Shown here: piece after piece, positions 30,745 through 40,799 of the stretch
Position numbering within the stretch: position 1 is the first letter of the stretch
Layout of the letters: each line of letters starts with the position of its first letter
Source of the DNA: Sulfolobales archaeon
Lineage (GTDB): Archaea; Thermoproteota; Thermoprotei_A; Sulfolobales; AG1
Assembly (NCBI GenBank): GCA_038867615.1
Contig: JAWBYA010000001.1
Location: forward strand, 96,001 to 160,000
Reading direction: 5' to 3'
Length of the DNA stretch: 64,000 nt
Notes under the pieces: generated by a model
What the model was told of the DNA's origin: nothing
Database searches by the model: none
The model's input: the letters and a program-made list of their open reading frames with translations, nothing else
Program-made: the position numbers and the translations under genes

Positions 30745-32013
30745 ATGAGCGAGATCCTGAGACTCTCTAGAGAGATCCTTGCTAGATATCCGTTGTGCGA
30801 TAGGTGTTTGGGGAGGCTTTTCGCCAATCTAGGTAGGGGTTTGAGTAATCTGGAGAGGGGTAGGGCTATAAAGCTCACCCTAGCCATGGGTTATCATGAT
30901 GAGGCTTCGAGGGATCCTGAGAGGCTTAGGGATGAGCTCTATAACATCTCGAGAAATGCTGGGGAGCCTTTCCAAAGCCTATATAGATATATATATGGGG
31001 CTGAACCGCCTAGCACGATGCCTTGTTATATTTGCGGGGGGAGGATAGAGAGTCTTATAGGCGAGTGGGTAAAAAGGGCTGGGGATTCTATAAGGAACCT
31101 CGGTGCTTCTCGATTCATACTGGGTATAAGACCTCCTGGTGGGTTTGTAGAGGCGGAGGAGGAGATAGCCAGGGTTTTTTCCCTGCAGTACTGGGAATCT
31201 GTTAGGAGCGAGCTTAAAAGGGAGATAGGTAAGAGTGTTGCTACCACCTATGGCTTGTCGCCTGATTTCGACGATCCTGAGGTCATGTTGATCCTAGATC
31301 TCGAGAGAGGATCTGTTGAGGCTGTAATGCCACCACTCATACTCAGTGCAAGGCTTGTAAAGCTTGTGAGGGGCTTTAGTGTTAGGAGAAGACCCCGTGG
31401 GGGAGGATCTCTAGAGGATATAGCTAGAAGCGATATAAAGGATCTTGGGAGGGATGTGAGTATCAAAATCCCTATAAGAGACACTTCTAGATACAGAATC
31501 CTTGGTAGAGGGTGCGAATCGATCATAGAGATAAGATCCCCAGAGCCTGGTAGAAGAGATCTCAGAAACCTAGCAAAAGTCCTCAACAGGTCTTCATCAA
31601 CATATAGGGTTGAGATCCTTGGTAGAGGTAGTAGGAGGATCGCTGAAGAGCTGCCGGCAAAGGTCAGGAGGATCTGGTATAGGGCTCACATATATATCGA
31701 AAAAGAAGTTGATAGCAAGTTTATAGAGAGCCTAGCACCCAGAAGGATAACAGGTGTCGAGCAGAAAACACCCTCAAGAATACTTAGGGCTGGTTATCGA
31801 GGGGTCGAGAAAGTGACCAGAGGAGACATGGGGATCGAGAAGATCCTCAGGATCTCTAACAAAACCCTTGAAATCCTCTTCACACTACCCCCAAGCATCT
31901 ATGCCGAAGAAGCCATAACAGGAGACGGAGGCAGGACTAGCCCGAGCATCTCATCCCTCCTAGGCGTCGATGTAATCCCCCTAGAGATCGATGTTATAAA
32001 CATAGAGATCTAG
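30745..32013 (+). CDS. Pus10-like tRNA pseudouridine synthase homolog with a degenerate catalytic motif
   Basis: LCDRCLGRLFA, CYIC, ELKREIGK, QKTP.R and GDGGRTSPS are present; GRED is replaced by IRDT. Confidence 0.85.
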   Translation: MSEILRLSREILARYPLCDRCLGRLFANLGRGLSNLERGRAIKLTLAMGYHDEASRDPERLRDELYNISRNAGEPFQSLYRYIYGAEPPSTMPCYICGGRIESLIGEWVKRAGDSIRNLGASRFILGIRPPGGFVEAEEEIARVFSLQYWESVRSELKREIGKSVATTYGLSPDFDDPEVMLILDLERGSVEAVMPPLILSARLVKLVRGFSVRRRPRGGGSLEDIARSDIKDLGRDVSIKIPIRDTSRYRILGRGCESIIEIRSPEPGRRDLRNLAKVLNRSSSTYRVEILGRGSRRIAEELPAKVRRIWYRAHIYIEKEVDSKFIESLAPRRITGVEQKTPSRILRAGYRGVEKVTRGDMGIEKILRISNKTLEILFTLPPSIYAEEAITGDGGRTSPSISSLLGVDVIPLEIDVINIEI

Positions 32014-32090
32014 CTAACATGCTGGCATTAACCATCAGGACAGAACGACGTGTTAAAGAGCTTAGCACAAGTACCTCTTGGGTGTGCTGA

Positions 32091-33530
32091 TTGGATACAC
32101 TAGCTGGGAGTGAGAGGGAGAAGATAGATGTCGAGAGGATCAAGGGGGCTTTCGAAGAGATAGGTCTAGAGACCAGGCGACAGGATATCGATGTGGCTTT
32201 ATGGGAGCATGGTGAGTGCTTTGTTGATGATATTAAATGCGTCCCCATACCCCCAACGCCTGGAGGGTTTGTAGAAGGTGTTTTGACAAGCGATATAGGT
32301 TCTTGCAGTGATAGGGTTTTAATAGCACCGACGACGAGCTTTCCGGATAATATGTGGAATATATATAATGAGGCTGTTGAGAGGGGTGCGAGGGCTGTTA
32401 TATTCTATGACCATTACCCCTCTAGGTATAGGAAGATAGTTGTCTCTGGGGTTTGGAGCTATGGGTTGAGGGTTAGATCTCCGGCACCTATACCGTCTGT
32501 CCATATAAGGCTTGAGGATGCTGTCCCCCTGATCAGAAGGGGTATTGGTAAGAAGGTATCGATCAGCGTTGCAACAAGGATCAGGATGTCGAGGGGATCT
32601 AACGTGGAGGCTATAATACCGGGCAAGAGCGAGGGATCGATTCTAGTGTCAGCCCACCATGATAGGTGGTTCGACAGCTATAGGGATAACACTGTTGGTG
32701 TGGAGACTCTCCTCCAAATAGCCCTGCATAGCAGGAAGCTTAGAACGCCTAGGCATGAGATAAGGCTGGTAAGCTTCACAGCAGAAGAGATCGGGGATCC
32801 CGGGATGCCTGCCTGGTACTGGGGATATGGGTCTAGATCCTATGCCGCAAGCATAGATGCTAATAACATACTGATCGGGTTAGTAATAGATACGGCTCAC
32901 AAAACCCCCTTAAGGATCTCCTATACATCGCCAGACCACGCATATAAGATCTTTGGAAGACTAGATCTAGATATAGAGCTAGAGGGTTATGGACACCCAT
33001 ATACAGACGCCCCCTCGCTATGGATGCGGGGGATACCTACTATAACAATCCATAACCTCCAGGATCTCTACCCAATATACCATACGGATCTAGATGTTAG
33101 GGAGGGCTATAGAGGCTTTCCATCGATATTGGGGAAAGAGATCCTGGGGATACTGCTAGACCTAGATCCGAAGGGCGTGGGGGCTGAATACCTTCTCAAG
33201 GATCTAAAGGCTAGGATGCCATACGAGCTCTTCAGGAGGATCGAGGAGAGGGCTTCTAACAAACCCTACGAGCTTGCTAGATGCGTGAACATGGTTACAA
33301 TGAGGCCTCTCTTCATAGGCAGTTATAGGGAGCTTTATAAAGACATGCTCACAGATCCTTTCCCCTCATGGTACGCTCTTGCAAGTGCTTCTAAAGGATC
33401 TAGGGAGCAGGTAGTGATCCCTGGTGATGAGAGGATCATATATGGAGGGGGAGGGGCTGAGGAGAGGGGTAAGATACTTAGCGAGGCTATCGCCGAGGTT
33501 GAGGAGATGCTTAGATGTATATCCACATAG
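32091..33530 (+). CDS. M28-family peptidase with PA domain
   Basis: GARAVIFY (PA domain), SAHHD, DN, FTAEE and YHTDLD motifs. Confidence 0.82.
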   Translation: MDTLAGSEREKIDVERIKGAFEEIGLETRRQDIDVALWEHGECFVDDIKCVPIPPTPGGFVEGVLTSDIGSCSDRVLIAPTTSFPDNMWNIYNEAVERGARAVIFYDHYPSRYRKIVVSGVWSYGLRVRSPAPIPSVHIRLEDAVPLIRRGIGKKVSISVATRIRMSRGSNVEAIIPGKSEGSILVSAHHDRWFDSYRDNTVGVETLLQIALHSRKLRTPRHEIRLVSFTAEEIGDPGMPAWYWGYGSRSYAASIDANNILIGLVIDTAHKTPLRISYTSPDHAYKIFGRLDLDIELEGYGHPYTDAPSLWMRGIPTITIHNLQDLYPIYHTDLDVREGYRGFPSILGKEILGILLDLDPKGVGAEYLLKDLKARMPYELFRRIEERASNKPYELARCVNMVTMRPLFIGSYRELYKDMLTDPFPSWYALASASKGSREQVVIPGDERIIYGGGGAEERGKILSEAIAEVEEMLRCIST

Positions 33531-33532
33531 CT

Positions 33533-34939
33533 TTATAGAAGTATAGAGGGCGATCCTGGTGTTGCATACACACATCTGATCCCAGAACCCTGTAGATCAC
33601 GGCTCTTGGGATCTATGCTTAAGATCTTCTTGGAATCAACTATAACGATCCTATCCTTCCCACTAAGCCTAGCGATCATATCGACCCCGAGTCCTTTATA
33701 AGCACTATGATCTGTTACCACTATCACACCATCAGCCCCCCTCAAGGCTTCTTCGAGATTGCTGGTAAGCCTCACGGCCAAGCCTTGTCTCCCGCTCCAG
33801 CTCTTTACATAGGGATCGTGGATCACTATGTCTCTAACACCCCTTCTAGCGAGATGCTCCACCACGCCATATGCTGGTGAGTTCCTATCATCATCAACAT
33901 CACCCTTATAAGCTAGCCCTAGAATCGCGATCCTAGCCTCTCTAGCATCGATCCCGAGGGTTTCGAGCTCCTCAACAAGGATCCTTACCACATAGCCCGG
34001 CTGATCCTCGTTAACCCTCCTAGCCCTAATCATAGCGGAGTTCCAGACCCAGTCCTCGCCAACACTCCAGGCGAGTAGGTATGGCTGATATGGGAGGGAG
34101 ACGCCTCCGACACCGCTTCCAGGGCTATGGATATCTATATAGGGGTTTGTTTTGGAGACCCTTATCACCTCCCATATATCTACTCCAAGCTTTCTCGCGG
34201 CTCTGGCAAGCTCGTTTGCTATGGCTATGTTTGCATCCCTATACACTCCCTCGGCGATCTTCTCGAACTCTGCTGCTGTTGAGCTGCTCATCACTATAAC
34301 ACCCCCATAGATCTCTTTAAACAGGATCTCGAGGATCTTTGGGCTTTTCTGATCAACGCCCCCAATGATCTTTGGATACCTGCTAGAAAGATCCTCGAAA
34401 ACTTTCTCAATACCAACCCTCTGGGGGCTGTATGAGAGCCCGAAGTCTTTCCCACAAACCATGCCCGATAGATCCTCAAGGATCCTCCTAACCCTCGTCG
34501 CAGTAGTCCCTGGAGGCACTGTTGTTTCGAGAACAACAATATCTCCAGCAGATAGCCCCATAGCTATGGTCTCAACAGCCTTATCCACCGCTGTGAATAC
34601 AGGACCCCTGGATCCCCAGTTGAGGGGTACGTTGATCATTTTAACATCGCTCCTCCTAGAAGCCTCAACACCATCATAGCTCAGCTCTAACAAACCCTCT
34701 CTATAACCCTTAGCTATAAAATCCCTAACCATGTTATCAATATGCCTTATAGAGCCTCTCTCTATCTCCCTAAGCCTCTCCCTATTCTCATCATAACCAA
34801 TAACCCTGAAACCCCTCGATATAAGCACGGCTGCCACAGCAGCACCAACATAACCCAGCCCGTATACTGAGAACACCACCCTCCTCTCCCTAGCAAGCCT
34901 AGCCGCTTCCTGAAGATCCGCAAAATAGATCTTCAACAC
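33533..34939 (-). CDS. Nucleotide-sugar dehydrogenase (WecC/UDP-glucose dehydrogenase family)
   Basis: GLGYVG, ETTVPPGTT, RDANIAIANE and GLAYKGDVDDDRNSP motifs. Confidence 0.9.
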   Translation of the reverse strand: MLKIYFADLQEAARLARERRVVFSVYGLGYVGAAVAAVLISRGFRVIGYDENRERLREIERGSIRHIDNMVRDFIAKGYREGLLELSYDGVEASRRSDVKMINVPLNWGSRGPVFTAVDKAVETIAMGLSAGDIVVLETTVPPGTTATRVRRILEDLSGMVCGKDFGLSYSPQRVGIEKVFEDLSSRYPKIIGGVDQKSPKILEILFKEIYGGVIVMSSSTAAEFEKIAEGVYRDANIAIANELARAARKLGVDIWEVIRVSKTNPYIDIHSPGSGVGGVSLPYQPYLLAWSVGEDWVWNSAMIRARRVNEDQPGYVVRILVEELETLGIDAREARIAILGLAYKGDVDDDRNSPAYGVVEHLARRGVRDIVIHDPYVKSWSGRQGLAVRLTSNLEEALRGADGVIVVTDHSAYKGLGVDMIARLSGKDRIVIVDSKKILSIDPKSRDLQGSGIRCVYATPGSPSILL

Positions 34940-35160
34940 TAAATCCCCAAACGAGTATAGAACCCGATATTATTATAAACATGTGGGTTTAGTGGAAAGG
35001 ACTAATTCGACATAACTTGATTCGTGCCTTTAGCCATAGGTTGATGGAGCTTCTATAAGATATTGATATTAAGGATCTAGTAGAGGAATTGATATAACAA
35101 GTTATAACTTAAGGTACGCTTATGCATGGGGGACTAGGTTTTTACTCTGATGATCCTTAG

Positions 35161-35652
35161 TTATACATCGCTTAAGCCTATTATGTAGAGATAATATGTT
35201 CCTATCCTGGCTGGTGACGATACCCTCATGGTTTTGACTTCTTTCCACCCGGAGATTTCGAAGTCGAGGCTGATTATCCTTGTACCCTTTTTAAGCTCTG
35301 CCTTGAGTTTGGGTTTCAGGAGATCGTTAACGCTTCTGAGGAGATACATGTAGACAACGGTAGCATCGGATAGATCTACTCTGAATATATCGTCCCTCAC
35401 AAACCTTATCATATGATCCACGCCCTCGGCTTGAGCGTTGGTCATGGCTCTTTTGATGAGCTCTGGGTTTAGCTCGACGCATACCGCTCTAGCCCCCCTT
35501 TTTGCTGCAGCTATCACTATCCTTCCATCTCCACATCCAAGGTCGTATAAAATATCGCCTTTACCCACGTTCGCCAGATCTAGTGCCTGTTCGATGAACT
35601 CTTCCCTTGTAGGGACCCAGGGAACCCTTATACCCTCGTAGTAGCTTACCAA
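35161..35652 (-). CDS. aKMT/FAM173-like protein lysine methyltransferase
   Basis: VPWVPT, YDLGCGDGRI, DATVVYMYL and ISLDF motifs. Confidence 0.82.
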   Translation of the reverse strand: MVSYYEGIRVPWVPTREEFIEQALDLANVGKGDILYDLGCGDGRIVIAAAKRGARAVCVELNPELIKRAMTNAQAEGVDHMIRFVRDDIFRVDLSDATVVYMYLLRSVNDLLKPKLKAELKKGTRIISLDFEISGWKEVKTMRVSSPARIGTYYLYIIGLSDV

Positions 35653-35770
35653 GCTATTCCCCCTCAAGTAGAGAGAATATCTGCGGCTAATAATCTTTAT
35701 CCACATAACTATCAACAGATCTAAGCTCTCCTGGCTTTTATCCTCGCAGCGATATTTTTCCCGGGGTTTT

Positions 35771-36820
35771 ATGGCTAGGAGGATCGAGGTGATAATACCG
35801 AGCAGCCATGCCCTCCACAGGCCTTTCGATCAGCATCCCGAAAGACCCGAGAGGATCGATATGGTACTGAGAGGCCTATCTAGGAGGGGTTTTGAGACGA
35901 TCATCAAGAGACCCACAAGCAGACCAAAGGAGGTTTTATACACAGCCCACGACCCCGAGTACGTTGCCCTGATCGAGAGGCTTTCCAGGAGTAGGAGGTA
36001 TATAGATAGCGATACATATGTTACAGAACATAGCTTCCAAGTCGCGATCGAAGCCGCATCAGGATCTATAGATGCTGCTGAGAACATAGCCTCAGGCTCT
36101 AGGCTAGAGATAACACTCCCAAGACCGCCTGGGCACCATGCTGGAAGATCTGGGAGTGCTTTAGGAGCACCAACCCAGGGGTTCTGTCTGTTTAACAACG
36201 CTGCTCTAGCAGCCCTCAGGCTTATTAACATGGGCTTTGAACCAATAGCTATAGTTGATATAGATATACACCACGGGAACGGTACCCAAGAGATCTTCTG
36301 GGAGGATCCAAGGGTAATACATATAGATCTTCATGACTCCAACATCTACCCAGGTACTGGCTGGTATATAGATATAGGATCTGGCGAAGCCATGGGGACA
36401 AAGATCAACATACCCCTTATAGCCGGGAGCAGGGATCCGGAATATATATACTCATGGCTAGAGCTCGTCGAACCAGCCATAGGCTTCTTCAAACCAAGAG
36501 CACTCATAATATCAGCCGGGTTCGACGCCCACGAGGGAGAGATGATGGGTTATGTGAAGCTAAGCAGCGATCTATACGGATGGCTTGGATCAAGGATCAG
36601 GTATCTCTTAGAAAAAACACCATCAATATCAGGGGTCTTGGTCGTGCTAGAGGGAGGATACGGCTCAGGGCTTTACGAGGGTCTCCCAGAATTCATCCAC
36701 GGCCTCTTAGGAGGCGATGTAAGAGATCTTGAGGCAACCGCTAAGAAGGCTAGGAGAGAGCACATCGATATGATAGGCTCTATTAAAAGGCTGATAAATA
36801 AATACTATAAAATATATTAA
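35771..36820 (+). CDS. Histone deacetylase-family (HDAC/AcuC) protein
   Basis: HPERPER, RPPGHH, DIDIHHGNGT, SAGFD and LEGGY motifs. Confidence 0.93.
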   Translation: MARRIEVIIPSSHALHRPFDQHPERPERIDMVLRGLSRRGFETIIKRPTSRPKEVLYTAHDPEYVALIERLSRSRRYIDSDTYVTEHSFQVAIEAASGSIDAAENIASGSRLEITLPRPPGHHAGRSGSALGAPTQGFCLFNNAALAALRLINMGFEPIAIVDIDIHHGNGTQEIFWEDPRVIHIDLHDSNIYPGTGWYIDIGSGEAMGTKINIPLIAGSRDPEYIYSWLELVEPAIGFFKPRALIISAGFDAHEGEMMGYVKLSSDLYGWLGSRIRYLLEKTPSISGVLVVLEGGYGSGLYEGLPEFIHGLLGGDVRDLEATAKKARREHIDMIGSIKRLINKYYKIY

Positions 36821-36859
36821 GGATTTCTCCTTGTAGGATTCGCGCCTAACCAATATAAC

Positions 36860-37272
36860 TGTTTGTCCCTAGATGTTCATTTTGTTTTTCATGACTGCAC
36901 TCAGAGACTTCCACCCCTCCCGCAGGGATCTTGGGGGCTGTTTTTAATATAAATAGGGAGGGTTAATAGGTTTTGGAAATGTTCGTGAATATTGGGGACT
37001 GCATACCTGAAGCCACTTCCCCATCAATACGCAGAAGATATTTATAAGCTTTAAGAGAGATTGCTCTTAGCGTGAGCCCCCACATGCCCCCGGATAGCTC
37101 AGAGCCTGCTCCCATTGCTATTCGGGGGAGCAGGCTAAATGAGAGTCACGTGCTGTTTGGTTTGATGGTCACCCCGACCCCGCAGGGTTAGAGACCCTGC
37201 GGGTAGAGGTAGAAGTCCCTGGATATGATCATGAAAACAGAATGATTGGAATGAACATCTAGGGGCAAATGG
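36860..37272. mobile_element. Family 2 non-coding element with about 75-bp imperfect inverted ends and internal hairpins (IS-end / omegaRNA-like)
   Basis: TTTGTCCCTAGATGTTCATT (36862) is the inverse of AATGAACATCTAGGGGCAAA (37250-37269); hairpins at 37103-37136 and 37179-37203; TTTATAA at 37041. Confidence 0.7.
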
Positions 37273-37480
37273 CTCTTATCCTTAGTCTCGACTATATTTG
37301 GATAGCCCTTACTAATAGCTCTCTTGCGCTGCTTCGTCTTATTGCTGCTAGGGCTTTAAGATGGGTAATATACCACCTTACCTCCTAGCATATCTGGTAA
37401 TACTGGTTTCTCAATAGCGATCCTTAAAGATCTTGGACTTGATATTTATTACTCCCTTAGTTTTTTTTGAGGGTAAAAGT

Positions 37481-39100
37481 ATGTGGGGCTTAGTTACGGG
37501 TCGTTTAAGGAAGCGCCTTCTGATCCTGACTGTCTTAACTATACTGCTAGCCGGTTCAGGATTAGCCCTATACTATGGCTTGGTAGATGTGTTTAGAGCA
37601 GGCTCTGGGGTTAAGCTCACAATATCACTCTACGATGTTAACGCGGATGATAGGATGCTCTTAGACGCGACATCCATACTCGACAGACCAGAGGTGCTAA
37701 TGTACCTTGAGGTTAACGCCATAACACCTCCGGGTTTCAAATGGGCTGATGATCTTGTGCCCCTACTCAGAGATACCGTGAAAGCTAGGAGGGAGATTTA
37801 TATCCAGTCAGAGGAGTTTCGGGAGATAGCTAGGGGGTGGGTTTCGATATATATGTCTAGGGGTGGGGATCCTGAGCAGACATACTCAGGGCTCGTAGTC
37901 AGATTATTTATATTCAACAACACATCGAGAGAGATTATTTTTGATGCCTACGACTCGGTATCATATAAGCCCTCAGAGGTTGCTAGGGGCAAGGCTGTCG
38001 TGATAGATATAACGTTGCTGAGGGGATCTAAGAAGCCTATTAAGCTAAGTGTTGAACATGGCTATGTAAGCGTCTTCGAGAGCTCAAGGTCTAAGATTGA
38101 AAAGGTGTGGCTAGACGGTTGCCCAGCTTACTTATATCGAAAGCTAGTTGCTGAGATTAAGCCTGAGGATCTAAAATCGAAGCTACCGGCCGAATACTTC
38201 TGGGACTATAATGGGCGCACATACATAAAAACACCAGTACTAATAGCTGAGAACACACACTCATATAGTGGTACTGTTGGGGTATCTATTAGTATAGGCG
38301 TACAGAATGAGAAAGTAGGTGTCTACCCAACATTTACTTCAGGTAAGATACTTGAGCTTATAAAGAAGGGTGAGTGGCCGAGCGTTACACTATGGAAGGG
38401 TAGTGGGTTCACGTGGGGAGGATCAACTTATTATTATGGTTATAACGATCTAGTGAAACCACTTGATAGTCTGTGGATGTGGGTGTGGGCTAGACCGGTC
38501 TATAGGGTGTATGAGGTTTACATTGTCTATTGTGTTACTGAGGAGTATATCGGGGATGATGTTGAGAACGTGATAGGGGATATGATAACCAGTGGTTCGA
38601 CAATTCTGGGAGGCATGAACCGAGGGCTGCCTCATAGTGAGCTTATGAATACGCTCTTCAGCGGTACCAACGAGGCCAGGCTCTCCATACCTGGCACGTT
38701 CCTAGAAGATGGAGACCTAGATCCGGGTGAGTATGTGGAGCTGAGGCAGATCTTCAGATACTTTGACACATGCGGAGACGACTTCGAAATAGGTATCCCA
38801 GCGGGTGCGATAGCAGCCTTGGGCATATGTGCCGCCTTAGGCCTCCAAACCGGGAGTACTGCATGCACTGTGGCTGTAGCATTCGCCTCGACATTCCAGC
38901 TATCCATATCGGCCGAAGGTGCATCTATACACATTAGCGGTAACGTAGTTAACCACGGGGATCACCCATACGTAGACGGCGATTACAACGTGTTCGAGAT
39001 CGTCTATGCGAGGATTAGCAAATATCAGTATAAGAAGGATACTATCTTTGGCACCTGCTACTTCAACGTACCAGCGGGAATACACTTTAGGTTCGATTAG
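37481..39100 (+). CDS. Hypothetical membrane-anchored or secreted protein
   Basis: Basic plus hydrophobic N-terminus, beta-rich body, Cys-containing hydrophobic hairpin near the C-terminus. Confidence 0.8.
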   Translation: MWGLVTGRLRKRLLILTVLTILLAGSGLALYYGLVDVFRAGSGVKLTISLYDVNADDRMLLDATSILDRPEVLMYLEVNAITPPGFKWADDLVPLLRDTVKARREIYIQSEEFREIARGWVSIYMSRGGDPEQTYSGLVVRLFIFNNTSREIIFDAYDSVSYKPSEVARGKAVVIDITLLRGSKKPIKLSVEHGYVSVFESSRSKIEKVWLDGCPAYLYRKLVAEIKPEDLKSKLPAEYFWDYNGRTYIKTPVLIAENTHSYSGTVGVSISIGVQNEKVGVYPTFTSGKILELIKKGEWPSVTLWKGSGFTWGGSTYYYGYNDLVKPLDSLWMWVWARPVYRVYEVYIVYCVTEEYIGDDVENVIGDMITSGSTILGGMNRGLPHSELMNTLFSGTNEARLSIPGTFLEDGDLDPGEYVELRQIFRYFDTCGDDFEIGIPAGAIAALGICAALGLQTGSTACTVAVAFASTFQLSISAEGASIHISGNVVNHGDHPYVDGDYNVFEIVYARISKYQYKKDTIFGTCYFNVPAGIHFRFD

Positions 39101-39180
39101 ACAAAGGATTCCCGCCCTATTAGTAGAGATCTATGGTTTATTTTTAACCTAATAATGCGGGGTTAATAGTATTGCCTAGA

Positions 39181-39282
39181 GGCTTAGAGCGCGCTCCTAT
39201 CATCATCTAGAATCAATATAGAGATCAGATCATTGTTGAAGACCATTTTAATCAAAGATTATAAATATTTCCTACGAATATC
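39181..39282 (-). repeat. Diverged dispersed repeat, family 3, copy 2 (partial)
   Basis: GGCTTAGAGCG...TCAATATAGAGATCAGATCAT...TTAATCAAAGAT aligns with copies 1 and 3. Confidence 0.6.
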
Positions 39283-39423
39283 GAAAAAGCTCCAGATGAA
39301 TTTATAAACATTTTTAGAACCCAATAGAATAGGTTTCTATCGTTGCCTAAGCTTTATATCAAAGCCGTGATTTCAAAATTCTCCTTTTACCTCTTAGAGG
39401 AGAGTTGTAAAAGCTAATAGCTA

Positions 39424-40494
39424 TCAGAAACTACTAACAAACCCTCTGAGGAGTGATGAATAGTAGCCATACATATGATCTCTGAAGAGTCTCATCTCAT
39501 CTATATACCCAGGATCAATGTTCCTCTCCTTTCCAAGAGCTGCTGACGCGATCCCAAAGACCATAGCTATATATAGGGCTTTCGAGAGATACCCAACACC
39601 TCCCGGAGGATTTATTTCCAGAACCTCGATCTCTGGGTATTTTTCCGAGAGTTTTTTGAAATATCCCCTGAGGGCTAGATCCTCACCTAGATCCTGATCT
39701 ACTATATGTATAACAAGAGAACCCCTACCGCTTCTTAGAGACGCAACCTGGTTATGACCCATCTCAGGCATTTCGAGAGGCTCTGAGGGGATTGCAGCGT
39801 TCTCACTGAGCTCGGTGCGTATTCTATGGATTATTGGGTAGTAGGGGCGTGTCGCGGCTACGGAGATTCTTTTTCCATGGGATAGTGCTTCGTCTATTTT
39901 TGATGCTATCTCTAGACCTAGATCCTCTATAGATCTTCTCTCCCTGTCGAGGAGCTCTCTCGCCTCGGCAAGATCCCTCTCTATATGGAGATTAGCCCCA
40001 ACACATCTAGAGATCTTATCAATACCAACAAGCATTGATGGTAGCTCCACCCTTGGTAGAGATCCTTGGTTGAGCATGAATATTGGTAGGGATTCTCTCT
40101 CAGCTATTTTTAGCATGGGCCCGCCGCTGGTAACAACACCTACTAGTCTCTTCATAGATAGTAGATCCTCTAGGATCTTTATGGTCTCCAGTGTTGTTCC
40201 AGAGTAGCTTACACACACCGCTGGGAGGTTTTTTGAAGAGATCCTCGGATCTAGATTCACAGAACTAATGCTCCATATATGTGGAGGAGAACCCCTTATG
40301 ATCGAGAGGGATTCGAGGATCCTTCCAGGAGCTCCTGAACCACCTATACCTATTATTAAGAGCTCCTCTCTCTTCTCACCACGCTCTTGGCAATTTTTTG
40401 GCGGTATCCCCAAGGACTCGGAGATCTTCTCAGGCCATTCCAGGTAACCCTTATAGAGATGATCTATTGTTATCCTATGTCTCACGAGATTCAC
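39424..40494 (-). CDS. Bifunctional phosphoglucose/phosphomannose isomerase (SIS domain)
   Basis: GIGGSG, SYSGTTLET, TSGG, ELSENA and PEMGHN motifs. Confidence 0.85.
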   Translation of the reverse strand: MNLVRHRITIDHLYKGYLEWPEKISESLGIPPKNCQERGEKREELLIIGIGGSGAPGRILESLSIIRGSPPHIWSISSVNLDPRISSKNLPAVCVSYSGTTLETIKILEDLLSMKRLVGVVTSGGPMLKIAERESLPIFMLNQGSLPRVELPSMLVGIDKISRCVGANLHIERDLAEARELLDRERRSIEDLGLEIASKIDEALSHGKRISVAATRPYYPIIHRIRTELSENAAIPSEPLEMPEMGHNQVASLRSGRGSLVIHIVDQDLGEDLALRGYFKKLSEKYPEIEVLEINPPGGVGYLSKALYIAMVFGIASAALGKERNIDPGYIDEMRLFRDHMYGYYSSLLRGFVSSF

Positions 40495-40711
40495 CTTCTT
40501 TGGACTTCATGAGGCTATATATATAGGCTGAGATCTTGAGGGCATATAGAGATCCTGAGAGGAGTGTAAAGCCTATAAGGGCTGATAGTAATGAGGATCC
40601 AACCATAGCCCTCTCCATATACCCTAGAGAGTATATTAGAAAGATGATCGCAAAACCAGCCATGACTATTGCTAGAGTGATATATATGAGCCACCTAACA
40701 TTATCCCTCAT
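40475..40711 (-). CDS. Small two-helix membrane protein
   Basis: Two hydrophobic helices; overlaps the PGI/PMI start, as in an operon. Confidence 0.7.
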   Translation of the reverse strand: MRDNVRWLIYITLAIVMAGFAIIFLIYSLGYMERAMVGSSLLSALIGFTLLSGSLYALKISAYIYSLMKSKEGESRET

Positions 40712-40799
40712 AGAGCCACCTAAGAAAATATCTCACAGGGGGTATAGATTTGCGTAGTCACCAGCAATTACATTTCATCCATAGAAGATCCTTTGAACA

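Noticed and set aside
35033-35072. Possible further decayed family 1 left end (GCCATAG...TTGATATTAA)
   Set aside because: The match is short and AT-rich and cannot be distinguished from chance by eye
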